Assembly (NCBI RefSeq): GCF_964204645.1
Contig: NC_134031.1
Coordinates: forward strand, 15,859,807 to 15,923,806
Source: Tubulanus polymorphus
Lineage: Eukaryota; Animalia; Nemertea
Direction of reading: 5' to 3'
Length of the DNA: 64,000 bases
Below, in pieces: positions 37,399 through 48,594 of this stretch (the stretch's first letter is position 1; the number at the start of each line of letters is the position of its first letter). The notes below the pieces were generated by a model that did no database searches, was not told the origin of the DNA, and saw nothing but the letters and a program-made list of their open reading frames with translations. A program made the translations under genes and the position numbers.

Positions 37399-38461
37399 CG
37401 GAACGAGAGAGATGGCCATTTTATGTGTGTAGTGATCAGTATTGGAACCCTTCAATACTGGATTGGGATTTATGGTTACTGGGGGCTCAAATCAGTCGAG
37501 CCTAATGGGAAATCCATGCCCCAACCTCCAGTAGTGGCGTCCTCATCCAATTCTTCCGATTTTTCAACTTCCTTTTTAAATTTGGCTTGAGTTCAATGTC
37601 TTTTACATGTTTAACAGAGAGTTAAACTCGGTTTCATTTTTTGGCCCGAAAATGGAACCGATCTTCATCTCTTCTGCTGTAAACACCTCCCGATCTCAGT
37701 TCAAGATTAATTCTATGTCGCATGCACAGCTATTTCCATAATAGTCCAAAAAAGTGATTGAGATTGTGTTATCAGTATTGGAGCCTTCTAATACTGGATT
37801 GGTATGGTTACTGGGGGCTCAGATCATTGAAGCCTAATGGGAACTCCACGACCCAACCTCCGGTAGTGGATTCCGCGCCCAATTCTATAAATTATTAATG
37901 TATGCACAGTTATCTTGAATAGTTAAACAGAACGAGAGAGATGGCCAATTAGGTGTGTAGTGATCAGTATTGGAACCCTTCAATGCTGGACTGGGATTTA
38001 TGGTTACTGGGGGCTCAAATCAGTCGAGCCTAATGGGAAGTCCACGCCCCAACCTCCAGTAGTGGCGTCCTCATCCAATTCTTCCAATTTTTTAACTTCC
38101 TTTTTAAATTTGGCTTGAGTTCAATATATTGTACATGTTTAACAGAGAGTTAAACTCGGTGTCATTTTTAGGCCCGAAAATGCAACTGACATTTAACTCT
38201 TCTGTTCTAAACATCTGAACCCAGTAAATGATTAATTACATATCGTATGCACAGCTATTTCCACAATAGTCCAGAAAAGCGATTGAGATTGTGTTATCAG
38301 TATTGGAGCCTTTCAATACTGGATTGGTATGGTTACTGGGGGCTCAGATCATTGGAGCCTAATGGGAACTCCACGACCCAACCTCCGGTAGTGGATTCCG
38401 CACCCAATTCTATCAATTTTTAATGCACAATTATCTTGAATAACATAACAGAACGAGAGAG

Positions 38462-39444
38462 TAATCGAATGAAACACTCTAATCCGTGTTTACTGCAGAT
38501 TAATTGAAGAAGTTCCACAATTCGAATTTTATATGAAATAATGTATTAGAACGAAACCACGACGTTTCGGCTGTTGACTAACGGCCATCATCAGGTGGAA
38601 ATGACCAGAAAACAGAAGTAACGTAGCATATAAACGTACAGGACATAAATAAAAGCGATGCGTCAGAATAAATGTAAACAGAACAAGTGACAAATGAAAA
38701 CAACCAAGGGGTACCGTAGAAACCACCAAAATTCTATGAACAGTTAGGATGAATACAAATTATGTAACTAAAGTTGAGTAGAAGCGGATGGGGATAGCAG
38801 TGTGACACATAGTGACATTAACCAAAATCTAGTAGAGAGTTGATATGTCTAGATAATAATTGTTTTAAGGAACATAGGGTAGACATCCGTAATCAAAAGC
38901 CTGAGAGTGGGATAGCAAATCATGTTTTTACAACCAACCACAAATGTGACTTTCCAAATTCTAAACTCATTTATCCTTGTAAAGACATCCATAAGAGTCA
39001 CATAGTGGAATCAGCCCTTATTTGTAAACTTTCGAAATCCAACTTATCTACCAATCTAAATACTGATTTTTCTCCACATAAACAATTATTATCTAGACAA
39101 ATCAACTCTCTACTCGATTTTGGTTTATGTCTCTATGTGTCACACTGCTATCCCCATCCACTTCTACTCCACTTTATTAGTTACATATTTGTATTCATCC
39201 TGACTGTTCATAGAATTTTGTGGTTTCTACGGTACCCCTCGGTTGTTTTCATTTGTCACTTGTTCTGTTTACATTTATTCTAACACATCGCTTTTGTTTA
39301 TGCCCTGTAAGTTTATATGCTACGTTACTTCTGTTCTGGTCATTCCATCTGATGATTGCTGTTAGTCAATAGCCAAAACGTTGTGATTTCGGTCTAATAA
39401 ATTATTTCATATAAAATTCTAATTGTGGGACTTCTTCAATTAAT
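38462..39444. mobile_element. Penelope-like palindrome, copy 3 (inner left arm deleted)
   Basis: The left arm stops near 38865 and joins the right arm at AAGGAACATAGGG. ORF 38840-39283 carries the GIY-YIG fragment. Confidence 0.85.
38557..38598 (-). ncRNA. Minimal type I hammerhead ribozyme (Penelope pLTR), best-preserved copy
   Basis: Minus strand CCAC-CUGAUGA-U-GGCCGUU(AGUC)AACAGCC-GAAA-CG-UC-GUGG: intact core, palindromic ACGU stem III, GUC cleavage site. Sister motifs at 33966-34007(-), 35003-35044(+), 36263-36304(-), 37299-37340(+) and 39345-39386(+, degraded). Confidence 0.8.
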
Positions 39445-40025
39445 CAGGACGAGAGAGGTGGCCATTTTAGGTGTGTAGTGATCAGTATTGGAGCCCTTCA
39501 ATACTGGACTGGGATTTATGGTTACTGGGGCTCAAATCAGTCGAGCCTAATGGGAAGTCCACGCCCCAACCTTCAGTAGTGGCATCCTCATCCAATTCTT
39601 CCAATTTTTCAACTTCCTTTCTAAATTTGGCTTGAGTCCAATGTCTTTTACATGTTTAACAGATAGTTAAACTCGGTTTCATTTTTAGGCCCGAAAATGA
39701 AACCGATGTTTAACTCTTCTGCTGTAAACACCTCCCGATCTCAGTTCAAGATTAATTCTATGTCGCATGCACAGCTATTTCCATAATAGTCCAAAAAAGT
39801 GATCGAGATTGTGTTATCAGTATTGGAACCTTCCAATACTGGATTGGTATGTTTACTGGGGGCTCAGATCATTGGAGCCTAATGGGAACTCCACGACCCA
39901 ACCTCCACGGGTGGATTTTCTTTTCAATTTACTTATATTTGGTTTCTGTTTTCCCCCTCCATTCCAATTCCCCCCCCTTGGTATATGTGAACACGGTGAA
40001 ATGTTCCATTACTGAAAGTCAACGG

Positions 40026-40383
40026 TCACAAGGAGATTCAGTGATCATAGTCTGATCTGAGTAATTAGTAAAGTGTCAAGTAAAGCTACCTCACTGTTTC
40101 AACAACCAGACGTGTGGTTCTACGCTGTTGCGACAAAACTGGCAACAGCGTGAAAAGAAAGACGCATATCTGAACTTGTCGGTTGTTCGGGGAGTACATG
40201 GATTGGTAGAGTAGGGTAGTCGAACGTATCTGGTTGTTGTGTGAGGTAGCTCAGTTTGTCTTAACCGTGGGACGGTTGAATAAGAGAGGTGTATATCTGA
40301 ACTAGCTGGTAGTTCAGGGAGCGCCGTGGAGTTTGTTGACCTAGGTTACTCAGATCAGCTGTGGTTACGGTGTCTGCTTGTGA
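40026..40383 (+). ncRNA. Candidate ~360-nt structured RNA, copy 2
   Basis: Same fold. Compensatory pair AGCTACCTCAC/GTGAGGTAGCT versus copy 1 AGCTACCCCAC/GTGGGGTAGCT. Confidence 0.5.
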
Positions 40384-40824
40384 TCAACTTTTGAATTTTC
40401 TACAATGGATGACCCGTTAATCGTGAATCTTTTTGTACCAATTCCCATCTCAACAGTCTCCAAATCTTGAAAACGTCCTTATTGATCTTGGGACGCGTTT
40501 TATCCATCGTCTGGTTCTTCATCCCCTACCGCTTCAACTTTTCAAGTTTCCCCTTCTATCGTTTCCAATTGATAACCTCTGATTCCCCAATGTATTCCAT
40601 AACTCGCCCCTCTCCCTAAATCCTTCCCATCCTAGTGACATTTGGTGTGTACGGTTACTGGGGGCTCATGTCATCGCATGGAGCTTAATGGGAGCCCCCG
40701 CCCCGACGTTCTCCAGTAGCAGATTTCCCATTCGATTTCACGTTACAATTTCGTTTCCGATGTCCCCTTTGAACCCTTTGGTATCTGTGAACACGACAAG
40801 ATGTCCAAATACTGAAGTAGGATA

Positions 40825-41185
40825 TCACAAGGAGGTTCAGTGATCATAGTCTGATCTGAGTAATTAGTAAAGTGTCATGTAAAGCTACCTCACTGTTTCA
40901 ACAACCAGACGTGTGTTTCCACGCTGTTGTGACAAAACTGGCAACAGCGTGAAAAGAAAGACGCATATCTGAACTGGTCGGTTGTTCAGGGAGTACATGG
41001 ATTGGTAGAGTAGGGTAGTAGAACGTATCTGGTTGTTGTGTGAGGTAGCTTAGTTTGTCTTAACCGTGGGACGGTTGAATATGAGAGGTGTATATCTGAA
41101 CTATAGCTGGTAGTTCAGGAAGCGCCGTGGAGTTTGTTGAACTAGGTTACTCAGATCAGCTGTGGTTATTGTATCTTTCTTGTGA
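40825..41185 (+). ncRNA. Candidate ~360-nt structured RNA, copy 3
   Basis: Same fold and same compensated stem as copy 2. Confidence 0.5.
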
Positions 41186-42321
41186 TCAACTTATATATTT
41201 CTTACATTGGCTATCGTAACCCATTGACCCTAAAATCCCAACCCTTCACGCTTTCATCCTTTTTCTTACTTGCCATCATTTTCTAACTCCTCTTTTCTAG
41301 ACCCCGATTTCTAAACCAATGTTAATCATTTGAAAAAATCCCCTCTTCATTACTTCTGGGAGACAATTTCTCAGTTCTCTTAATTCATTATTTTTGGAAT
41401 TACAATAGTAATTCGTAATTTTTTTCTAATCCCTTTTATCGCCTTTTTCATAGTAATCTCAACTAATCACTCTTTTTACATTGTTTCAAGTTTCTTAAAA
41501 CAACATTATGTCAATTCCCCGTAGGTTTCTCTTCCAAAGCGTTTCATCGTGCAGCACTGAACTCTTCATTGCGATACCTCAGCAAATCAAACCAGCATAT
41601 TACGTATTCATCTTTAAGAGTTCTCACCTTATGTGCAAAATTCTTAAAATCTCAGATGATAATTTGAGATGACTTTAAAAGAACATAACTTTTGTATCTC
41701 CGTATCAGTCTTGTATCATATATTTTTTCTCATATCATATCATATATCTTTTATATGTAAAATTTACAACCATTGTTTCAAGAAATACCTATTTACTGAA
41801 AACTATCATGTGCAACTTTTGTCTCTATATTCATGTCAAGTCTCAATATTGCTTTAATTTCAATATTTCTATTATTGTTAGGCTACTTTTTATGACCGAA
41901 TTATTTCATAATGTATATCAAAATGTACTCATCTGATACCCGAAAGCTTTCGTCATAAGTATTTTTCTAATGTATATATATAAAATATATCTGTAAAATA
42001 TACATGTATTTGATTTCATCGTATATTTTTCGTCTTTGCCGTTTCTTGTAGGCAATGGATACATCGAGCAGGTTGGTCGATACAATAAATGAAATGTTAT
42101 AATCGAGATTAGGCTAAAAAAAATTGATACCTTGTTTCTGCTGAGCTTAGAAATTGTAATTTACCCCGTACATTACTTTTTTTGTCGTGATCAATTTTAC
42201 CATACACGGCAGCTATATGAATTAACTGATTACATATAACAAAAATTACCCGGCCGATTAGGAGAAACTAGGTATCACTTTTTCAGCCGTAGGTCGCGTA
42301 AAAATCAGTAATCCGGAAACC

Positions 42322-44983
42322 TTATTCTGTCACCCCAACGTACAGATATCTGCCTCTACTTTCGTATAAAGTAGATATCTTACAGATGTAAGTGAATGAA
42401 TTGCGTCTTGTGTAGGTGATGGGTAAATCAGCCAAACTGGCGACCATTTCACCAGAGGTCAACGTTTCCACGCTCGTTATTCGTTCGGCCGTGTTATCGT
42501 TATAGAGAGCAAATGCCGTGTAAAACCCTTTCTTCTTGTAAAATGTTATTTCCGGCCGAGGGTTGCCAGTTGCCGCACACATCCAGTCGATCTGAAACGG
42601 AAGGTAACCAACGTTGAGCCCATTTTTCGACGGTACACTGTCAGTGCAGAAAGATTTATCTCAAAGATTAAATTTAGTATCTTACGGTTTTATCGCCCTT
42701 AATGTGTCTTGCTTTGCCGCGAGGTCCAAGGATCGTGATAGGTTTTATTTTAGTAAACGGTATTAGTCTGCCTTGGTTGCCGGCCTCCATGGTCCAGGTC
42801 TCTTTGGGATCTTTATTAGGCGGTAAATAATACCAGTTCATCGTGTATACACCATTATTCTCAACCGCTACTGGTTTGACAACTTCGTGGTTGTGAACCT
42901 TGTAAACGGTTATAGGCGGCGCTGGGTAGCCATACACAGCCACTTTAATGCCATTTGCTAGAATTTTAAGAAAATTGGTCGGCATTTTGATAAATATTCA
43001 ACAGTAATTAAGATTCGTAGAGGATGTAGAATGGATACAACGAAACGAGAGTAGTACTAGTTTATTATTAGTATTATTATGATTATCATCATTATTATTA
43101 TTATCAATTTACGTTATCATTGATTGTTATTATTACTATTATTATAATTATCAGTTCATTCGCATTTATATATTTTTCATCATATCTTTATACTATTTTT
43201 TTATAATTTTTTAAGTCCTTTTGACCTTAGCATGTATTTATTTTGTCTATGCTATTGACTTTGTTTAATAAAATTTATTTTTACTATAAGAAGAACAATT
43301 TTATTTGACGCACGAGCTTTCGTTACTAGTGTATAGTAGCTTCATCGGGCTTCATTCACCCGATGAAGCCGAAGCTGCCAGGAATTGTAACTTTCTAACT
43401 ACTTATAGCCTTATCCTAACCCTACCCTATTATGATATGTAACGGAACATAACCCTTAACTCTAATCCTAACCCTTCCCCTAACCCTAACCCTCACCCTA
43501 ACCCTAATTCTCTGGGCCCTCTAGACCCTAAACCCTGGACCCTAAACCCTATCCCTTCTGCGATTCAAAAAGCCGCCATTTTGTATCTTTCCAATATCAC
43601 TTCCGTTTTGTGGATGGTTTCAACATTACCTAAATTGCACTATCCACCAGTATAGCGAAAGTTCTTGCGTCAAATGAAATAGTTTTAAGTACTACTCGTC
43701 TCGTAGCGTATTTATTCAACACCCGGTTAACGGTGTATCTAAATTGAAACCGAAACACAGAAAAGCATTTTGAATTACAAGAGAGCTTTCCGTGGATTTT
43801 CCTCTTACAGTTCAGGTTCCGAAAAAATGTCTCACATAACATACGCTCATACCTTTGCCCTCTATCAGAGGTATCGTTTCGTAGATATCGATCGTATCTT
43901 CATAAGTAGGATTGGTTGACGCGTCCGGTAAATCGATCATTCGCACAGTCAGCCGTTTTATGACGCCCTTGTCTGCCCTGGATTGAACGGCGACGCATGT
44001 TCGTAAATGCGGCGTCAATTCCCGAAAAATCAAGCCGTAAAAATACACCGTGGCGCAGTACAGACCCGTAACTCGGTTGTCGGGCGTTTCTATAACGTTG
44101 AGTCTTCCGTATGAAAATAACTTATTCGACAGCCATGAGTAGTTGGCCCCTTCTTCATAACTGCCCAATGTTTTGAACGCCACTGTACCATTCGTTGTAG
44201 ACACATAACGCCATCTATTCGCGGACACTGGTTTGCGAGAGCGGGTTCCGGCTTTAGGTTTATCGGCAGGAACCGTCATATTTACCTTCAGTTCTAGCTT
44301 TCTGGAATTGTCCTCGAGATACAAAACTGATGGAGTAGATTCTATAGTGCCCATCAGTATTTCAAATTTCGAATCTTCAATCGGCCAAAACGGGGCCACA
44401 AATGTATAGGTCTGACAGCCTTTAAGCGCAACCTTTGCTTCGAATGTTGTTCTTGGCTTTTTCAAAACTTCTAAATGTGATATAGCTACCGACAGCTTTG
44501 ACCGGGTAGTTATACCAGTCCGATTTGCCGCAATCGTGAATATGTCATCAGCTTTATAGGATTAAACATACAAAGTTCTAGAAAGCTACAAGAAGATGAG
44601 GTTCCATAATTCGGACGTGAATTAAGCGATCAGGCGGTTTTCTGAAGCAAGTTGTATCATAAACAGGTGGCATTTGATTTTATTTACTTTAACACAAACA
44701 AGTTTGATACGTACTGATTATTGGAACTTCATCTTTAAGCCAAATGATTTCCACATCAAGACCAGTCTCTACTATCAATTCTAGTGATGGTCTGTCTTTA
44801 ACAGTGGTGACTTGCGTCAGTTTCCCCAAAACGTCCGAACACAATTCCTTCAAAGAAAGAATCGATTCCCTAATTAATCAGATTAGAAAACGCACCTTTT
44901 CTCTTAATTAGTAATTCGCCTACCTGGGAAAAACTGCAGCCGACAACACATAGCAGTAAAACACATACACGTAATCGCTCCAT
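42322..44983 (-). CDS. Secreted Ig-like-domain protein, paralog 3
   Basis: Exons ~44983-44924 (MERLRVCVLLLCVVGCSFSQ), 44850-44713, 44552-43852, 42957-42684, 42591-42322. Homologous to paralogs 1 and 2, with open frames. Confidence 0.75.
43297..43686. mobile_element. Family-2 hammerhead palindrome interrupted by a ~265-bp insert with degenerate (CCCTAA)n
   Basis: Arms TTTTATTTGACGCACGAGCTTTCG.../...CGAAAGTTCTTGCGTCAAATGAAA. Insert ~43370-43637 contains CCCTAACCCTAACCCTCACCCTAACCCTAA. Confidence 0.55.
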
Positions 44984-45952
44984 GTTTCTGCAATCAGACG
45001 CCATGAACGTTTGACTTGATCACCCTCCGGAAATCAGGAATTTGTATTTAAAAATCTCGCAAGTAATAAATCATCAGGATAAACAACGGTTGGATCGACA
45101 ATTTTCATTAATTTCGACCCAATTAATCCAAATGACCATGTATATATATAATTTTTCTATAACATATATATATGTATATGTAATTATCAATCGCGGATGA
45201 ATTAATTGCTACCATCCCTGATATGCATAGTTTATAGTTATAGTGGATCACCATATCTATACGGGGCAAGATGTCCGCGAAATTTCATTTTACTTTAACT
45301 TCAACTAAGTATAAGATGTAATGATTCTGAAATCAGGAAACGAGATCCACAAGAATCCCGTGACTTCGAAATATTTAAAAAAAATTAATTTGTTTATGCG
45401 ATCATTACTACGTGATATGCCCAAATATTATTACTTCACAGGGGAAACAGTCTTATCTTCATCTTGAAGATTTCATATATGCGATGTATTTCGAGGGTTC
45501 TAAGCCAAACCGTTTTCCAGAGGGGAACATAGGGTTCGGTTGTATCAGCGGTGTAGAACATTACAATCTCGTGTCTATCTAATGCTCATACGTCATAAAC
45601 TAATTATCAAAATCAATTTCTACGTGTATCTGATCAAGATATTAGTGACAGTACTTATCGAACTGAAGCATTCAGCTTCTTCACAGACGATTGTCGGTGC
45701 GGTCGACGCCCACCTCTTATACAGCGACGACGGCAATTACACCCTCTCGGAAGCCGTTATACACTGTATCTACATCGAACTAGCGGTATAAGAGTCTTTT
45801 ACGTATTCAAAGAATCACGATTTCGCGGAGTATTTTCTGTAGTACACAACGTGGCATCTAACCTGTGAAAACGATGTCGAAAAGCAGCGCAAAAGCGATG
45901 GTAACGACGACGATTTGTGGATGATCTACGATTAGTACTACCGTTGGTTACG

Positions 45953-48594
45953 ATGCGTTTAGGCGACACCTTTATCGTTTTTGTTCTGTTACTTTTATTC
46001 GGAGGTAGGTCAGTATATGGATTATTGCACATGAACAACCACTTCCTGGTAGAAAATTGAGAAAAGCGGTCAATTGCATGCGACTGCTTTGTAAATTATT
46101 TTAGATTATATGTCTCGTCATACTGAATGACTGGAGTTAATCATCGATATATATGAGCTATAGAAAGATCGATACGAAATCAACGACATTTAACGACAAA
46201 ATGTTGCCGAAAGCTATCATTCTCGATTTATTTGCTTTACACACGATAGCCTCGAACTCGTTTGAACCATCATATTTCCACCGTTATATTAAGGTTTATG
46301 TATCTAATACGAATCTTTGGAAGGTTATTAATGCAAATGTGTAAATCCAATAGAAATAGATTCTAGATTCCTGTTGAACGGAAGAAAAGCATGATCGGGT
46401 TAGTTGTTGAATATACGAAACCTGCTCAATACAATGTATACTCGCTTTCGCTTGGCCCTTTTTAGTTCGGGAAATGGAATTGGAATGTAGGAAATCCATC
46501 TCCTACGAGGCGGATATTGCAGAATTGAATTTCTCGGAGCTAGTCTCGGAATTTACTCAGCAGGTCGAATCGGGGCCATATTGATCATGAGTGCGCCGTG
46601 TTCGGTCAATTGACTGATCAGATAATAAGGATATTGTACACGTATATACGGCAGCCGATGGATAATTGACTGGAAACCATTCTCTCTCTCATATATACAT
46701 GTATATACGTCTTATTAGTTTTCTTCACTCAATTTCGTGTGCCGAGTAATTGCATCGTTCTTAGTGACCTTTTCCGCTGTTCCATACGACTGCGAAATTT
46801 CAAAATGCTGAATATGGTCGATTGCTTTGGGAGCGTTCAAATACGGCCAATTTTGCCGTTGTAGACATCCCCCCTGTACTTATTTTATAGACGACCCAAC
46901 GCACCCCCCCCCCCACGTACATTTTGAAAGACCCCCCTCAACCATCGAATTGACGATAATATAATGCTTAAATTGTTGAACTACTTTTAATTGAAAAACG
47001 CAGAGACAGTCGCCAGAATTTGATAGCGACGATGTGTCAAAATCATGTAAATCTTAGAAGTAGTAGGAGTGAGTGGGATGATATCAAGATACCGTACAAT
47101 TAATTTTTGTATCAGACAGTGTTTGTCGTAATTTTGGAAATCTCTTGTCCACTAAGTGGGCTACGAGATCCTCTCCCCTACACGATGTTACCCCTCCCCT
47201 AAAAAATTGTACCCACTATTTGGACTTTGTCATTTAATGATACCTTTAGGACTGCGATGAGAGTTAAATGTGTCATGTTTTGTTTGAAGAGAGTATAGTA
47301 GGCGCCAAGTGTATTTGCTCTTAACCACTTTTTGATATTCAGTTCATCGTTTGCTGAATATTGCGGAATATTTGCCAAACGTTATCATTGTTTGGATATC
47401 ATTAATAAATAAAACACTATAAATTGCATGCGTTATCTATATAATCAATATTTAGATATGACAAACAAATAACCGATCAAGGAATATTAGGAAATTCCTG
47501 AGATTAAGAATGTAAAAATATTTTTAAAAAAAACAAGATATGAGTTTATGTCCACGTCTTTTATGTTCAGATTGCGTAAGTTTGCGATGTTTCGAATGTC
47601 AGCGCATGTTAAACGTGTCATCCTTGTATAAAACTGGTCACGCAGACGAACTGTACGGAGATTTACATAAACAAGTGGATTGCTACAATTCCCGAAGTCT
47701 TAACGAATCCGATTCGATCGAATGTCCAGACGATAGTCAAGGATGCATTGTAAGTGTGAACGGTGATGCATCCCAATTAATCTTGGAAATCTTTTTCGCT
47801 TTTTATAGCTTAGAACAACATCTTTGTTTTATGATGGTAGCTATTGAAGGGTATCAAGCTATTTGTAGATTACGCGGTAGTGACAAGTCGGCCAATCATC
47901 GTTAAGCAGCCCCAGGTTCGAAGAATGGCTTATCCCCCTCGGGGCCTGTTTTAAAGACTGGTATTAGCTTCAACCCCGGGGTTAACTATTGAAAATGAAT
48001 TGTGTTTGCCCCCAGATTAAAGTTAATACCAGTCTATAGAACCGGTCCCTGGTATTCCCAGAACCGAAGCTTCCTAACCTAAACATCGAAAAATACAATA
48101 AAAAAACGTTTTGGACCCACTGTAAAAACATGGCATTATAACGAATTTGGCGGTATAAAGAATAGTATTTTCATTGAATTTGAGTTAGCTCGGGAATATT
48201 TTTTTTCTGAAAAAAAAATGTTGGCGTTTATATCAGTGAGCAGTGCAGTGGCATTAAAAAAGATGCATTATAACGGACGTTGTTGTTGATTCTGAATAAA
48301 ACGTTGTTTTCTTTCTTTCGTTCGTTTGTTTGTTTGTAGAAAATCGTAAAGAAGTTCGTCACGCGTTTCGGGATGGATTTACAGGTGTCCAGGCAGTGCG
48401 GAGGAGCCAACGAATCGTATTCGAGCGGTGCCTTAAATGGCGCTTGTAACGGTCGAGTGATTCGACGAATCGCTATCGACGGCATGTCGGAAACCGTCAC
48501 TACCTGCTGCTCGTCCGATCTGTGCAATGGTTCAACCAACACTAGCATCCAATATTTCACCATCTTTTTGATTTTTCTATCACTGATCTCATAG
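45953..48594 (+). CDS. Ly6/uPAR three-finger-domain protein (quiver/sleepless-like), predicted GPI-anchored
   Basis: Exons 45953-46004 (signal MRLGDTFIVFVLLLLFG), 47571-47749 (LRCFEC...C...C...GC) and 48340-48594 (RQC...C...CCSSDLCN plus hydrophobic tail). Splice phases match. Confidence 0.85.

Larger units (their letters stand above)
30659..41210 (+). repeat. Complex modular array of structured motifs, with a ~2.3-kb higher-order repeat in its centre
   Basis: 20 copies of GGTTACTGGGGGCTC-loop-GAGCCTAATGGG...CCCA..CCTCCAGTAG starting near 30762, 31091, 31564, 32361, 32555, 32884, 33216, 33413, 33741, 35178, 35511, 35708, 36037, 37474, 37806, 38002, 38331, 39520, 39851, 40653. Higher-order period 2294-2296 bp. 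Confidence 0.95.

Noticed and set aside
31480-40055. Short ORFs such as MHSYFHNSPEKRLRLCYQYW... and MVSTVPLGCFHL...
   Set aside because: Incidental frames in repeats and pLTRs, broken differently in each copy.
30762-40715. CRISPR array interpretation of the repeated core
   Set aside because: Eukaryotic context, no cas genes, repeats of ~62 nt, and spacers that are long and themselves repeated.
12826-48594. Functional coupling of the Ly6 gene with the nicotinic-like subunit
   Set aside because: Ly6 proteins can modulate nAChRs, but these genes are over 30 kb apart with unrelated genes between, and animal gene order alone is no evidence.
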